64,000 nucleotides of DNA from the NCBI GenBank assembly GCA_036821185.1, contig DAISKD010000001.1:367406-431405 (forward strand). Reading direction: 5' to 3'. The translations under genes and the position numbers were made by a program. Every line of letters begins with the position of its first letter. Within the stretch, counting starts at the first letter, position 1. Positions 40,381 through 49,792 of the stretch are shown piece after piece. The notes under the pieces are model-generated. The model saw nothing but the letters and a program-made list of their open reading frames with translations. It did no database searches and was not told where the DNA came from. Source of the DNA: Chloroflexota bacterium (GTDB taxonomy: Bacteria > Chloroflexota > Dehalococcoidia > GIF9 > UBA5629).

Positions 40381-41298
40381 ATGGACACCACATCATCAGT
40401 TCTATTTGAAACAAACCTCCCAATGCCCCTATTTTGTAGAGGCAAGGTTCGTGATACCTACGATCTTGGGGATAAGCTGCTGATCATTTCTACAGACCGC
40501 ATTTCGGCCTTTGATGTGGTGCTGCCCTGTACCATACCATGCAAGGGCCTGGTATTGAACCAGCTCTCCTCTTTCTGGTTTTACAAGACAAGCCATATAG
40601 TGCCCAACCACTTAATAGCACCAGTGAACGAGGTTCGAGACCTAGAAAAGTTTATTCCCGACGAAACTCGTCTTCCCGACTATCTGATCGGAAGATCGAT
40701 GGTAGTCATCAAGGCCAAACGCATCCCTGTGGAATGTGTTGTCCGAGGATACCTCTCAGGTTCAGCCTGGGCTGAATACAGAAATTCTGGAACCGTCTGC
40801 GGTGTCAAGTTACCCCCTGGGCTCAGAGAGAGCGAGGGGTTTGCTGAGCCAATATTTACCCCCACCACCAAAGCTGAAAGCGGCCATGACCAGCCATTGA
40901 CCAGGAGCGAACTTCAAGACCTTGTGGGAAAAGAGGTCGCTCTAGAGCTTGAAGAAAAGAGCCTCGCTATTTATAAGTACGCCAGAGAGTTTGCCTTGAA
41001 CCGTGGTATTATAATCGCCGATACCAAATTTGAATTTGGCTTTGCCGACAATGGGCTGATCTTGATCGATGAACTGCTCACACCGGATTCCAGCCGGTTC
41101 TGGGACGCTGCTCTATATAAGGTCGGCCAGGCTCAGCCAAGCCTTGATAAGCAGCTAGTCCGTGACTGGCTCATCCAGTCAGGCTGGAACAAGGAGCCAC
41201 CAGCACCCGTGTTGCCCCCAGAAGTCATCAGTGCCACTACCAGGAAGTACATAGAAGCTTACGAGCGCTTGACCGGGGAAAGACTGAAATGTACTTAG
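40381..41298 (+). CDS. purC: Phosphoribosylaminoimidazole-succinocarboxamide synthase
   Basis: LYRGKVRDxYDLGD-type N-terminus (LFCRGKVRDTYDLGDKLLIISTDRISAFD). 305 aa. Confidence 0.93.
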   Translation: MDTTSSVLFETNLPMPLFCRGKVRDTYDLGDKLLIISTDRISAFDVVLPCTIPCKGLVLNQLSSFWFYKTSHIVPNHLIAPVNEVRDLEKFIPDETRLPDYLIGRSMVVIKAKRIPVECVVRGYLSGSAWAEYRNSGTVCGVKLPPGLRESEGFAEPIFTPTTKAESGHDQPLTRSELQDLVGKEVALELEEKSLAIYKYAREFALNRGIIIADTKFEFGFADNGLILIDELLTPDSSRFWDAALYKVGQAQPSLDKQLVRDWLIQSGWNKEPPAPVLPPEVISATTRKYIEAYERLTGERLKCT

Positions 41299-41537
41299 CT
41301 AAAGTCTATATCACCCTCAAACCGACAGTGAACGATCCACAGGGGCTGACTATCAAAGGCGCCTTGCATAATCTTGGTTTCAACGCTGTGGAGGACGTCC
41401 GTGCCGGTAAGTACTTAGAAATAAGAATAGGACATGATGATATCGAAAAGGCTCGCAACCTGACCGACGAAATGTGCCGCAAACTGCTGGCAAATCCGGT
41501 TATCGAAAACCACCGCTTCGACCTAGAGAAAATTTGA
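41289..41537 (+). CDS. purS: Phosphoribosylformylglycinamidine synthase subunit PurS
   Basis: 82 aa; MYLAKVYITLKPTVNDPQG is the typical PurS start. Overlaps the purC stop. Confidence 0.85.
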   Translation: MYLAKVYITLKPTVNDPQGLTIKGALHNLGFNAVEDVRAGKYLEIRIGHDDIEKARNLTDEMCRKLLANPVIENHRFDLEKI

Positions 41538-41943
41538 GCCCACTGCCCACGACTAACAGACTATTCCAGCTTTAGGAATAAAACAGCAGAATATTTCTCG
41601 CTTATCCAGCCATCGCGACCCAGAAAAGTTAATGGCTGACAAGTCAGCTGACGTGGGGAAAGCAGCGCTGGAGATACCACAGTAACCTTCCCTCAAGCAG
41701 TGGCAGTCACCATTACCCGTTTCGTTTGAAACGTTAAAGTTGAAGTAGTGGTTGTGACGGGAGATACACTCTCCTAACATTTAAGACCACGCTGCCAGCC
41801 CCTCGCCCCATGCCCACTTTCGTCACCCCGAAGACACCTCATGACAACGTTGCGATTCGCCTTGGGATACGCTCACGGGGCTGCATCAAAAGAATTAGCC
41901 ACCGGCGGTTGCTTCACAACCAGGACTGAAACATGACAGAGCA

Positions 41944-43074
41944 TCACTCTTGGTACTCGATTACCAGCCTCGATCTACCTTCCCAGAGTAAGACGTAGTC
42001 ACCCTGATTGTTGTAGAAAGACGGCTTATCGAACTGCAGACGCAACTGAAAACGTTCACTGCCCTCTTTAACTCTGTCCTGAATAGCCGACACCAAGAGA
42101 CTTGAGGTAACCGGTTCATCAACAAGGAAGCTGAAACTATGCAACGGCACACCCGGACCTGGGCCAATGGCAAAGTCCTTGCTGCTAAGAGTACCGTAGC
42201 GGCATTCGTAGACACGTAACATGCCCAGGTTTCTAAAGGGTTCACCAAAAACTGATGCCGCAGTTAGATCAAGGTAAGCTGACTTAATGATAGCCCCCTG
42301 CGGGATCATCGAAATATCAAAACTCAAGAAAGCCTGCATTGGCGTGCCATTCTTGATATCGCCCACCTGAGGCTCCGGGCTGACATATCCGTCTTTTCTA
42401 ACCTGCCCCTCCTCTCCAATTATTGAAAACAGCTCCAGCTTACGTGCCAGCGACGTAGATACCACTATCACTTGCACTGTTGTGCTCACTGTACCAGCAT
42501 CATTGCTCGCCATCAATAGATAAGTCGTTGTTTTCGCTGGCGCTACTGTCCGCGAACCGACGGCCGGAACATTGCCTATGCCCGGTTCAACGGTGACCAT
42601 ATTAGCTCCGGACACATTCCAGCTTAACACACAAGACTTGCCCTCAGTAATGGTCGCTGGCTCAGCGACAAATGTTCTTATATTTGGCTTAAGGACGCCC
42701 TGAGGCACAACCATCACCACCACCGGTACCTCTGCCGACCACAAACCTTTATCGTCCTGTACTTTGAACCAGACAGTATGAGTGCCCCGTGACAGTGAAG
42801 ATGTCTCAAATCTGGCTGACTTACTCAACTCTCCGTCAATGCTCGACCTCCACACATATGCCACTACACTCCCATCGGCATCTTCCCCATGCCCAACAAA
42901 AGTTACCCTCTCCCCATAAGCTACCTCAGTGGGTGCAACTGAGTCTATGATAGCAGTTGGTGGCTGGTTAGCAGACACACTTGGCTTCGTGACTGGCAAG
43001 CAACCCACAAAACCAGTCGCAAGCACCAGGCCGGTGACAAGCAAAAAGATTACCAATTTGTCCACTCTATCCAT
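41944..43074 (-). CDS. Secreted lipoprotein with PKD/Ig-like N-terminal domains and an uncharacterized C-terminal domain
   Basis: Signal peptide plus a Cys (GFVGCLP). Bacterial Ig-like repeat patterns are present (e.g. PNIRTFVAEPATITEGKSCVLSWNVSGANMVTVEPGIGNV...TTTYLLMASNDAGTVSTTVQV). No enzyme motif was recognised. Confidence 0.5.
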   Translation of the reverse strand: MDRVDKLVIFLLVTGLVLATGFVGCLPVTKPSVSANQPPTAIIDSVAPTEVAYGERVTFVGHGEDADGSVVAYVWRSSIDGELSKSARFETSSLSRGTHTVWFKVQDDKGLWSAEVPVVVMVVPQGVLKPNIRTFVAEPATITEGKSCVLSWNVSGANMVTVEPGIGNVPAVGSRTVAPAKTTTYLLMASNDAGTVSTTVQVIVVSTSLARKLELFSIIGEEGQVRKDGYVSPEPQVGDIKNGTPMQAFLSFDISMIPQGAIIKSAYLDLTAASVFGEPFRNLGMLRVYECRYGTLSSKDFAIGPGPGVPLHSFSFLVDEPVTSSLLVSAIQDRVKEGSERFQLRLQFDKPSFYNNQGDYVLLWEGRSRLVIEYQE

Positions 43075-43187
43075 ATCTTTCTACCCTCGTCTGTTTATTC
43101 ACCAGTCCATAAATTTCGATCGTAAAACTTACCCCGCATCGTACAGGAAACCTTCTACATAAACAAGAGCCTTTCGACATTTTTGTA

Positions 43188-43973
43188 CTAAATTTCTGCC
43201 AAATTTTTCTTTACCATTTCAACTATCCTCGGCATGACCTCGCCAGCCTTAGCTCTTATAACCACGCTGGCATAGCTATCCATAGGAGTTGACGTCAGAT
43301 TGATAATGATCAATTTGGCCCCCACCTCGACGGCATATATCGGCATGTAGGCTGCAGGATAAACAACCAGTGTGGAGCCGATAACAACAAAGAGGTCACA
43401 ATTTCGCGAATATGACGCAGCAGCAGTCAGTACTGCCTGAGGCAATGCCTCACCAAAAAACACGGCGTCTGGCTTCAAGATGCCGTGGCACAGGGTACAG
43501 TCCGGTACTATTTCTGTCGCCACCCGGCCCAGCACCTCCTCCATGGGAAAGCGTACGTTACAACCCAAACACCTCACCCACCGCATATTCCCATGGAGCT
43601 CAAACACCTTGTGTGGAGAATTGCCAGCCCTCTGGTGCAAGTTGTCCACGTTCTGGGTTATGACACAGGACAGTTTACCGATCCTCTCCAGCTCGGCAAT
43701 AGCATAATGGGCAGGGTTAGGTTCGGCTTCCTTCAGAAGTCCACCCTCAGCCAGCAACCGCCACTGCATCTCCCGAACTTGACGGCTTTGGAGAAATTTC
43801 TGGATGGTGAAACTATCCGGATCGAACTTACTCCAGATGCCACCAGGGCTGCGAAAATCAGGAATGCCGGACTCCGTGCTTACACCAGCCCCTGTAAACA
43901 CAACAACACGCTGTGACTCACATATCAAAGTTGCAGCCTTGTCAATCAGACGTTCAATATCAGCATCGTCCAT
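43188..43973 (-). CDS. cobB: NAD-dependent protein deacylase (sirtuin, CobB/Sir2 family)
   Basis: GAGVSTESGIPDFRS Rossmann motif, a Cys4 Zn ribbon (CLGCN...CTLC) and a catalytic His in HGNM. 261 aa. Confidence 0.9.
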   Translation of the reverse strand: MDDADIERLIDKAATLICESQRVVVFTGAGVSTESGIPDFRSPGGIWSKFDPDSFTIQKFLQSRQVREMQWRLLAEGGLLKEAEPNPAHYAIAELERIGKLSCVITQNVDNLHQRAGNSPHKVFELHGNMRWVRCLGCNVRFPMEEVLGRVATEIVPDCTLCHGILKPDAVFFGEALPQAVLTAAASYSRNCDLFVVIGSTLVVYPAAYMPIYAVEVGAKLIIINLTSTPMDSYASVVIRAKAGEVMPRIVEMVKKNLAEI

Positions 43974-44092
43974 TTGACCGTCCTGCCTTTACTCCTGCTT
44001 CAATGCTAGTTTGTGGCCATAAAAATGTCAAGCTACCTGAAAACTTGCCCCAAATCTCAACTTCGGCAACTTAAGTACCTGTACTTGGGATA

Positions 44093-44122
44093 TTGCTTCT
44101 AAACTACGGGCCGTTCTATAAT
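44093..44122 (+). promoter_or_regulatory. Candidate sigma70 promoter for nfi (TTGCTT-N18-TATAAT)
   Basis: TATAAT at 44117-44122 and a -35-like TTGCTT at 44093-44098. The ATG is ~40 nt downstream. Confidence 0.3.
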
Positions 44123-44162
44123 TACACTATTGCTCACTGCTTTAACAGAGTAAAAGGTAGTT

Positions 44163-44873
44163 ATGCCAAAAGTCTATGAGCTGCATAGCTGGGACCTAAC
44201 AGTAGCACAAGCCGAAAGGCTGCAACTTGAGCTGGCATCCCGAGTATGCCGTGACAACAAGCTCTCAAACCCCCGCTTCATTGCTGGTGCAGACATCTCA
44301 GCACCCGATCCCTCCGGCATGGCTCGGTCTGCCATAGTTGTGCTCACCTACCCTGAATTTAGCATAGTTGAAATCCAAGAAGCACAAAGGCAACCAAAAT
44401 TCCCCTATATACCGGGACTGCTTTCATTTAGAGAGTCTCCACTGGTGCTGGCTGCCTGGCAAAAACTCTCCATCACCCCGGACCTACTATTGGTAGACGG
44501 ACAGGGAATTGCTCACCCCAGAAGATTTGGCATCGCCTCGCACCTAGGGCTGCTGCTCGATATACCTGCTATTGGCTGCGCTAAGTCACGCCTTTGTGGG
44601 ATGTTCGGAGCTCTTGGTGTTGAGGCTGGTAGCTACGCTGAACTTGTAGATAACGACGAGGTTATAGGTGTCGCCTTGCGCACCAAAAGCAATACCACCC
44701 CGGTCTATGTTTCAATAGGACACAAGGTCGACCTCCGCTCAGCTATAGAATGGACACTTAAATGCTGCCAGGGGCACCGTCTCCCGGAACCGTCCCGCCT
44801 TGCCCATCTTGTCGCCAGTGGGAAAAGGTTACCCGTCATACACTCTGGACACCAACAGAAATTGTTCGATTGA
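44163..44873 (+). CDS. nfi: Endonuclease V (deoxyinosine 3' endonuclease)
   Basis: Family motifs AGADISAPDPSGMARSAIVVL, YIPGLLSFRE, HPRRFGIASHLG. 236 aa. Confidence 0.85.
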   Translation: MPKVYELHSWDLTVAQAERLQLELASRVCRDNKLSNPRFIAGADISAPDPSGMARSAIVVLTYPEFSIVEIQEAQRQPKFPYIPGLLSFRESPLVLAAWQKLSITPDLLLVDGQGIAHPRRFGIASHLGLLLDIPAIGCAKSRLCGMFGALGVEAGSYAELVDNDEVIGVALRTKSNTTPVYVSIGHKVDLRSAIEWTLKCCQGHRLPEPSRLAHLVASGKRLPVIHSGHQQKLFD

Positions 44874-44911
44874 ATTATCAGTTCAGAAGATAGAAAAAAC
44901 GGAGGCTTAAA

Positions 44912-46025
44912 GTGGACGTACAGGAGACGAGAGAAACTCTGGAAACTATGCGGAAAAAGATAACCGACATAATGGAGCGCCTTTGACATAGGCACCAAGG
45001 AAAAGGAAATTTCCAGACTCGAAGCCAATGCAGCTCAACCCGAGTTCTGGCTTGACCCAGAAAAAGCGCAGTCGGTCATGCGCCAGCTGAGTAGCCTCAA
45101 GGAAGTGGTAGAGCTCTGGCGGAATCTGGAGAAGAAAGTCAACGAGCTGCTCGAGATGCTGGAGCTGGTCATCGAAGAAAATGATCTTTCGGCAGCGAAT
45201 GACATCATACAGGAAACAACTCGACTAGCATCCCAGCTAAAAGGTCTAGAAACAAGGCTACTTCTGAATGGTGAATACGACAGCAGGGATGCTATATTAA
45301 GCATACACGCGGGAGCAGGTGGCACAGAAGCCCAAGACTGGGCAGAAATGCTATTAAGGATGTATACAAGGTGGGCAGAACGCCACGGCTACCAAACTGA
45401 GATACTGGACATGTCTCCAGGCGATGAAGCCGGGATTAAAAGTGTCACCATCGAAATAAAAGGGGAATACGCTTACGGGTATGTCAAGTCTGAGCACGGC
45501 GTGCATCGACTGGTCCGCATTTCGCCATTTGACGCCGACCGCGCACGACACACCTCCTTCGCATTAGTAGAAGTGCTACCAGCAGTCGAAAGGGAAATAG
45601 ATATAAGAATCGACCCTAACGACCTAAAGATCGAGACCTTTCGTTCCAGCGGTCCAGGCGGACAGCACATGCAGAAAACAAGTAGTGCCGTAAGAATAAC
45701 TCATATTCCCAGTGGCATAACAGTTAGCTGCCAGAGCGAGCGCTCCCAGTATCAAAATAAGGAGAACGCACTTAAGGTCCTCTATGCCCGCCTTTTCCAG
45801 CTTGAAAAAGCAAAAATGGAAATAGAAAGAGCTAAACTAAAAGGGGCGCGAATAGAAGCTGGCTGGGGCAACCAAATTCGAAGTTACGTCCTCCACCCCT
45901 ATAAAATGGTGAAAGACCACCGCACAGGCTATGAGACCAGCGATGCCAACTCTGTGCTCGACGGAGAAGTGGACGAGTTCATTACAGCGTACCTGCACCA
46001 TATGCTGGAGAAAGAGAATGCTTAG
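44912..46025 (+). CDS. prfB: Peptide chain release factor 2, expressed through a programmed +1 ribosomal frameshift (frame 0 at 44912-44983, +1 frame at 44985-46025)
   Basis: GTG start 6 nt after GGAGG. Frame 0 encodes VDVQETRETLETMRKKITDIMERL and then hits an in-frame TGA within the canonical CTT TGA C shift site (44981-44987). An SD-like GGAG sits 3 nt upstream. The +1 frame continues as DIGTKEKEISRLEANAAQPEFWLDPEKAQ... and runs into the long ORF, which carries SPQGGQ-type motifs (RSSGPGGQHMQKTSSAVRITHIPSG). Confidence 0.9.
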
Positions 46026-47244
46026 ACATGCATTTTCGCTTCTTGCTCTCATTGTCGCGATCGCATTGTCTGCCTCGACCGCAGCCCAGCAAGAAACGGA
46101 GCAAATAACACTAGTTGAGTCCGCCACCGAAATAATTTTCCCATCATCGCTGGTCTTCAAGATCAAAGCTCATAGCCAAGTTAATATCACCAGGATCAGG
46201 CTGCAGTATAAGGTGGAGAGAATGAATTATGCCGAGGTCATCAGCGAAGCCTGGCCAGATTTTGTACCCTCGCCAAAAGTGGAAACAAAATGGAACTGGG
46301 ATATGAGAAAAGCGGCCTTGCCAGGTGGTGCTACAGTCCATTACTGGTGGATCATCGAAAATCAGCGCGGTGACAGGTTGGTTACAGACGAATACACACT
46401 GGAGTTTAAAGATACCCGCTACTCATGGCAACAGCTCGTCGAGGGTCCGATCAGCTTGTTCTGGTACAAAGGAAACCTGTCCTTCGCAGGCGAACTCCTC
46501 ACTGCCTGCAGGCAGTCGCTGGAAAGGCTTTACTCAGATATAGGCGTTCGCCTGGAAAGACCGGTCAATATTTATATCTACGCTAGCTCCCAAGACTTGA
46601 GGGCAGCGATGATTTTCCCCCGCGAGTGGACCGGAGGTGTCGCCTTCCCCCAGTTCGGTACAATCGCCATTGGCGTGCCGGTAAACCAGCTCAGCTGGGG
46701 TAAAAGGGCGATAGCACATGAGCTCGGCCATATGGTAATCCATCAGATAACTTTTAGTCCCTATGGGGCAAGCCTGCCGGTCTGGCTAAACGAAGGCTTA
46801 GCCATGCATGCAGAAGGAGAAAAAGACATTCACCTTGAACTGTTGCTGAGAAAAGCAGCTACAGAGGGGAAATTGTTTTCCGTACGCAGCCTCTCAAGCC
46901 CATTTTCTGCAAGACCGGAAGATGCCTACCTCTCCTACGCCCAGAGCCAGAGCCTGGTGGAATTCCTCATTCGGAACTACGGCAAAGCTAAGATGCGGGA
47001 GCTCCTCTATCTGCTGAAAGAAGGTAGTTCTATTGATGAAGCACTACTTAAGGTTTACGGCTTCGACCAATCTGGTCTTGACAGGCTATGGAAGGAATAT
47101 ATAACGAACAAAGCAAAAGCCACATCTGGGTTCGACACGACCTCGGACATGGAGGACAAAAAACTCCCCTGCTTCTCTGAGTTCGTTGCTCTGTCCTCTA
47201 ATAGCCCCTTGCCCAGCAGCTTTATAGGAGCAGGCACAAGATGA
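46018..47244 (+). CDS. Secreted putative zinc metallopeptidase (HExxH...E, MA clan) of unknown function
   Basis: Start chosen at the ATG at 46018, which gives a signal peptide (MLRHAFSLLALIVAIALSASTAAQ). Its first codons overlap the prfB stop. HELGHMVIHQ followed by WLNEGLAMHAEGE is a gluzincin-like arrangement. Confidence 0.5.
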   Translation: MLRHAFSLLALIVAIALSASTAAQQETEQITLVESATEIIFPSSLVFKIKAHSQVNITRIRLQYKVERMNYAEVISEAWPDFVPSPKVETKWNWDMRKAALPGGATVHYWWIIENQRGDRLVTDEYTLEFKDTRYSWQQLVEGPISLFWYKGNLSFAGELLTACRQSLERLYSDIGVRLERPVNIYIYASSQDLRAAMIFPREWTGGVAFPQFGTIAIGVPVNQLSWGKRAIAHELGHMVIHQITFSPYGASLPVWLNEGLAMHAEGEKDIHLELLLRKAATEGKLFSVRSLSSPFSARPEDAYLSYAQSQSLVEFLIRNYGKAKMRELLYLLKEGSSIDEALLKVYGFDQSGLDRLWKEYITNKAKATSGFDTTSDMEDKKLPCFSEFVALSSNSPLPSSFIGAGTR

Positions 47245-47930
47245 CAAAGTCCTTTACTGTTCGCGATCTGCCACTCTCAGAGCGTCCACGGGAAAGGCTT
47301 GTTAAACTTGGGACGGAAGCCCTTTCAGTTCAAGAGCTGCTGGCTCTAGTCCTCGGCAGGGGCACTAAAGGCGAGTCTGTAGTATTGACCGCCCAAAAAC
47401 TACTGAGCAAATTTGGTAACCTTAAAAACATTGCCTCCGCATCTATCGAAGAGCTCACTCAAGTGAAAGGAATTGGCGTTGCCAAAGCCACACAACTCAA
47501 AGCAGCGCTGGAGCTCGGTAAACGCATGGAGGAACATTTGCAAGATGCTGACAAGCTCACCATCCGGTCACCGGAAGATGTCGTCATGGCCGTCAAAAAT
47601 AAACTTAAAGGAAAGAAAAAAGAGCATTTCGTTGCCCTCTCACTCGACACCAGAAATCATCTTATAGATATCCACACCATCTCCATAGGTAGTTTAGACT
47701 CTAGTATCGTACACCCTAGAGAGGTCTTCAAAGAAGCCATAGCATGCAGTGCCGCATCGGTGATCTTCGTTCATAACCACCCCTCTGGAGACCCTTCCCC
47801 TTCCGAAGATGACATCAGGCTGACCAGACGCCTCGCCGAGGTCGGCGATATAATGGGCATAGAAGTTCTGGATCACATAATTGTCTGTGATACCAGCTAC
47901 TCTAGTATGAAATCTAAGGGAATCTTCTAA
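47241..47930 (+). CDS. radC: RadC-family (UPF0758) JAB/MPN-domain protein
   Basis: N-terminal helix-hairpin-helix region and the C-terminal JAMM-like motif HNHPSGDPSPSEDD. Overlaps the upstream gene by 4 bp. Confidence 0.85.
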   Translation: MTKSFTVRDLPLSERPRERLVKLGTEALSVQELLALVLGRGTKGESVVLTAQKLLSKFGNLKNIASASIEELTQVKGIGVAKATQLKAALELGKRMEEHLQDADKLTIRSPEDVVMAVKNKLKGKKKEHFVALSLDTRNHLIDIHTISIGSLDSSIVHPREVFKEAIACSAASVIFVHNHPSGDPSPSEDDIRLTRRLAEVGDIMGIEVLDHIIVCDTSYSSMKSKGIF

Positions 47931-47945
47931 AGGGCTAAACAAGAC

Positions 47946-49547
47946 ATGACAAAGTTCTGGCAAGCAGTATCTCTGACCACGCTGGCATTATGCGTTCTTG
48001 CAACTCTGTTGTCTGTTGCCGCCTGCCGTCAGGCACAAACACCGGTGTCTGTTTCGGGACAGGAGCTCAATGTCTGGGACGTAGGACCGATAACGCTTGA
48101 CCCTGCGATATCCAGCGAGATGAGCTCACATATCTATGTGATGCAAATATTTAGCGGACTGGTAAGGCTCGATGCCAACTCAAAACCAGCACCCGACATA
48201 GCTGAGCAGTGGCAGAAAAGCGAGGACGGCAAGACCTATACTTTCTTTTTGCGCAAAGGCGTCAAATTCCACAACGGTAAGGAGGTGACGGCCCACGACT
48301 TCAAATACTCCTGGGAAAGGGCCTGCAACCCGAGAACCGGCTCACAGACGGCAGCCACATACCTCGGCGACATCGTCGGTGCCCGGGATGTAATTAATGG
48401 TAAGGCCACAGAAATTAGTGGCGTCAAAGTTTTAGACAAATATACGCTGCAGGTCACCATAGATGCCCCTAAGGCATACTTTCTGGCAAAGCTCACCTAT
48501 CCTACCGCCTTTGTGGTCGATCAGACAAACGTACAGCCAGGCGGCAAATGGTGGCAAAAGCCTAATGGAACAGGGCCTTTTAAGTTGAAAGAATGGCGCC
48601 AGGGTGAGTTGCTCGTGCTGGAAAAAAACGAAAAATTCTATCGGGAGCCTCCCCGGCTTAGTAGGGTTGTCTTTCACTTGCTGGCTGGAATGCCCATGGA
48701 AATGTACGAAATGGGCCAGATCGAAATAAGCCCCGTATTTGAAGACTATGTCGAGCGGGCAACAGACGAGCACGGCCCCTTCCGTGATGAACTGTTAATC
48801 TTTCCCGAACTCAGCCTTTTCTACATAGGCTTCAACACCCAGAAACCACCATTTGATGACGTCAAGGTGCGTCAAGCTTTTTGCCATGCTGTGAATAAAG
48901 AAAAAGTAGTAAAGATAATACTGAAAGGAATGGCACTTAAAGCAAATGGCATCCTGCCACCGAGCATGCCAGGCTACAACAAGAACATCAAAGGCTTGGA
49001 CTACAACCCAAACCGGGCCAGGGAGCTTATTGCCAGCTCGCAATACAGCAGCTCAGAAAACCTGCCACCGATCACTCTAACCATCTCCGGCAGCGGGGGA
49101 AATATCCCGGCATATATCGGGGCCATAATCAATGACTGGCAGCACAACCTTGGTGTGAAAGTCACAGTAAGGCAACTTGAGCCAGAAATCTTTCCCTACC
49201 ACATCAAGCACGAATTAGACCACATGTTTTTCAGCGGCTGGATAGCCGATTATCCCGATCCTCAGAACTTCCTCGAAATCTTGTTCCACAGTAACGCTGA
49301 ATACAACTACGGAAAATATAGCAACCGCGACGTGGACGCTATTCTTGAGAAGGCTGCTATCGAGCCAAATGAGCCAACGAGGTTCTCCCATTACCAACAA
49401 GCGGAGGAATTGATTGTGACCGAGGCAGCTTGTCTACCCCTCTGGTTCAATGAGAACTATCTCTTGGTAAAACCTTATGTCAAAAATTACAGGGTAGATG
49501 CGCAGGGGGTTCCGGTACTTAGCGAAGTTTACATTAGTAAGGACTAG
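47946..49547 (+). CDS. ABC transporter substrate-binding lipoprotein, family 5 (oligopeptide/dipeptide/nickel type), orphan
   Basis: Lipobox LSVAAC. Family-5 SBP architecture (about 530 aa) with YTFFLRKGVKFHNGKEVTAHDFKYSWER. There are no adjacent permease or ATPase genes. Confidence 0.75.
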   Translation: MTKFWQAVSLTTLALCVLATLLSVAACRQAQTPVSVSGQELNVWDVGPITLDPAISSEMSSHIYVMQIFSGLVRLDANSKPAPDIAEQWQKSEDGKTYTFFLRKGVKFHNGKEVTAHDFKYSWERACNPRTGSQTAATYLGDIVGARDVINGKATEISGVKVLDKYTLQVTIDAPKAYFLAKLTYPTAFVVDQTNVQPGGKWWQKPNGTGPFKLKEWRQGELLVLEKNEKFYREPPRLSRVVFHLLAGMPMEMYEMGQIEISPVFEDYVERATDEHGPFRDELLIFPELSLFYIGFNTQKPPFDDVKVRQAFCHAVNKEKVVKIILKGMALKANGILPPSMPGYNKNIKGLDYNPNRARELIASSQYSSSENLPPITLTISGSGGNIPAYIGAIINDWQHNLGVKVTVRQLEPEIFPYHIKHELDHMFFSGWIADYPDPQNFLEILFHSNAEYNYGKYSNRDVDAILEKAAIEPNEPTRFSHYQQAEELIVTEAACLPLWFNENYLLVKPYVKNYRVDAQGVPVLSEVYISKD

Positions 49548-49792
49548 CTGTCGTCCTCAGCCATTTTCTGACACTCTTCCCACCAAGCCAACCCAAAAAG
49601 AGCCCGACCTTGTGCGGCCTGTTAGCCCCACTCGCTTCCGCATTCGGAAAGTCGCAGTATACGTTGTTTACATCTTTCATCGCAAGGCTCAACATGTACT
49701 GTAATGTTGTTCCGTGGCAACTCACGAAAACCGACTATGCAGCTCCGATAAGCCGTGAGGAGGACGTAAAGTAGCATTACGGGTAGAGTAAT

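Noticed and set aside
41553-41780. 75-aa Cys-rich ORF on the minus strand in the purS/lipoprotein gap
   Set aside because: It has no Shine-Dalgarno sequence, an odd composition and no recognisable motif (metal-binding spacing is not regular). It is kept only as part of the unexplained-gap finding and not called as a CDS.
43188-43973. SIR2 domain protein as a possible anti-phage defense effector
   Set aside because: Its architecture is the housekeeping CobB-type sirtuin (261 aa, Zn-ribbon, no fused or adjacent defense partner such as HerA, pAgo or a TIR protein). Its neighbours are nfi and a lipoprotein.
47241-47930. RadC as a marker of a mobile element or prophage
   Set aside because: There is no integrase, transposase, tRNA attachment site or phage genes within ~20 kb. 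The flanks are core genes (prfB, secDF).
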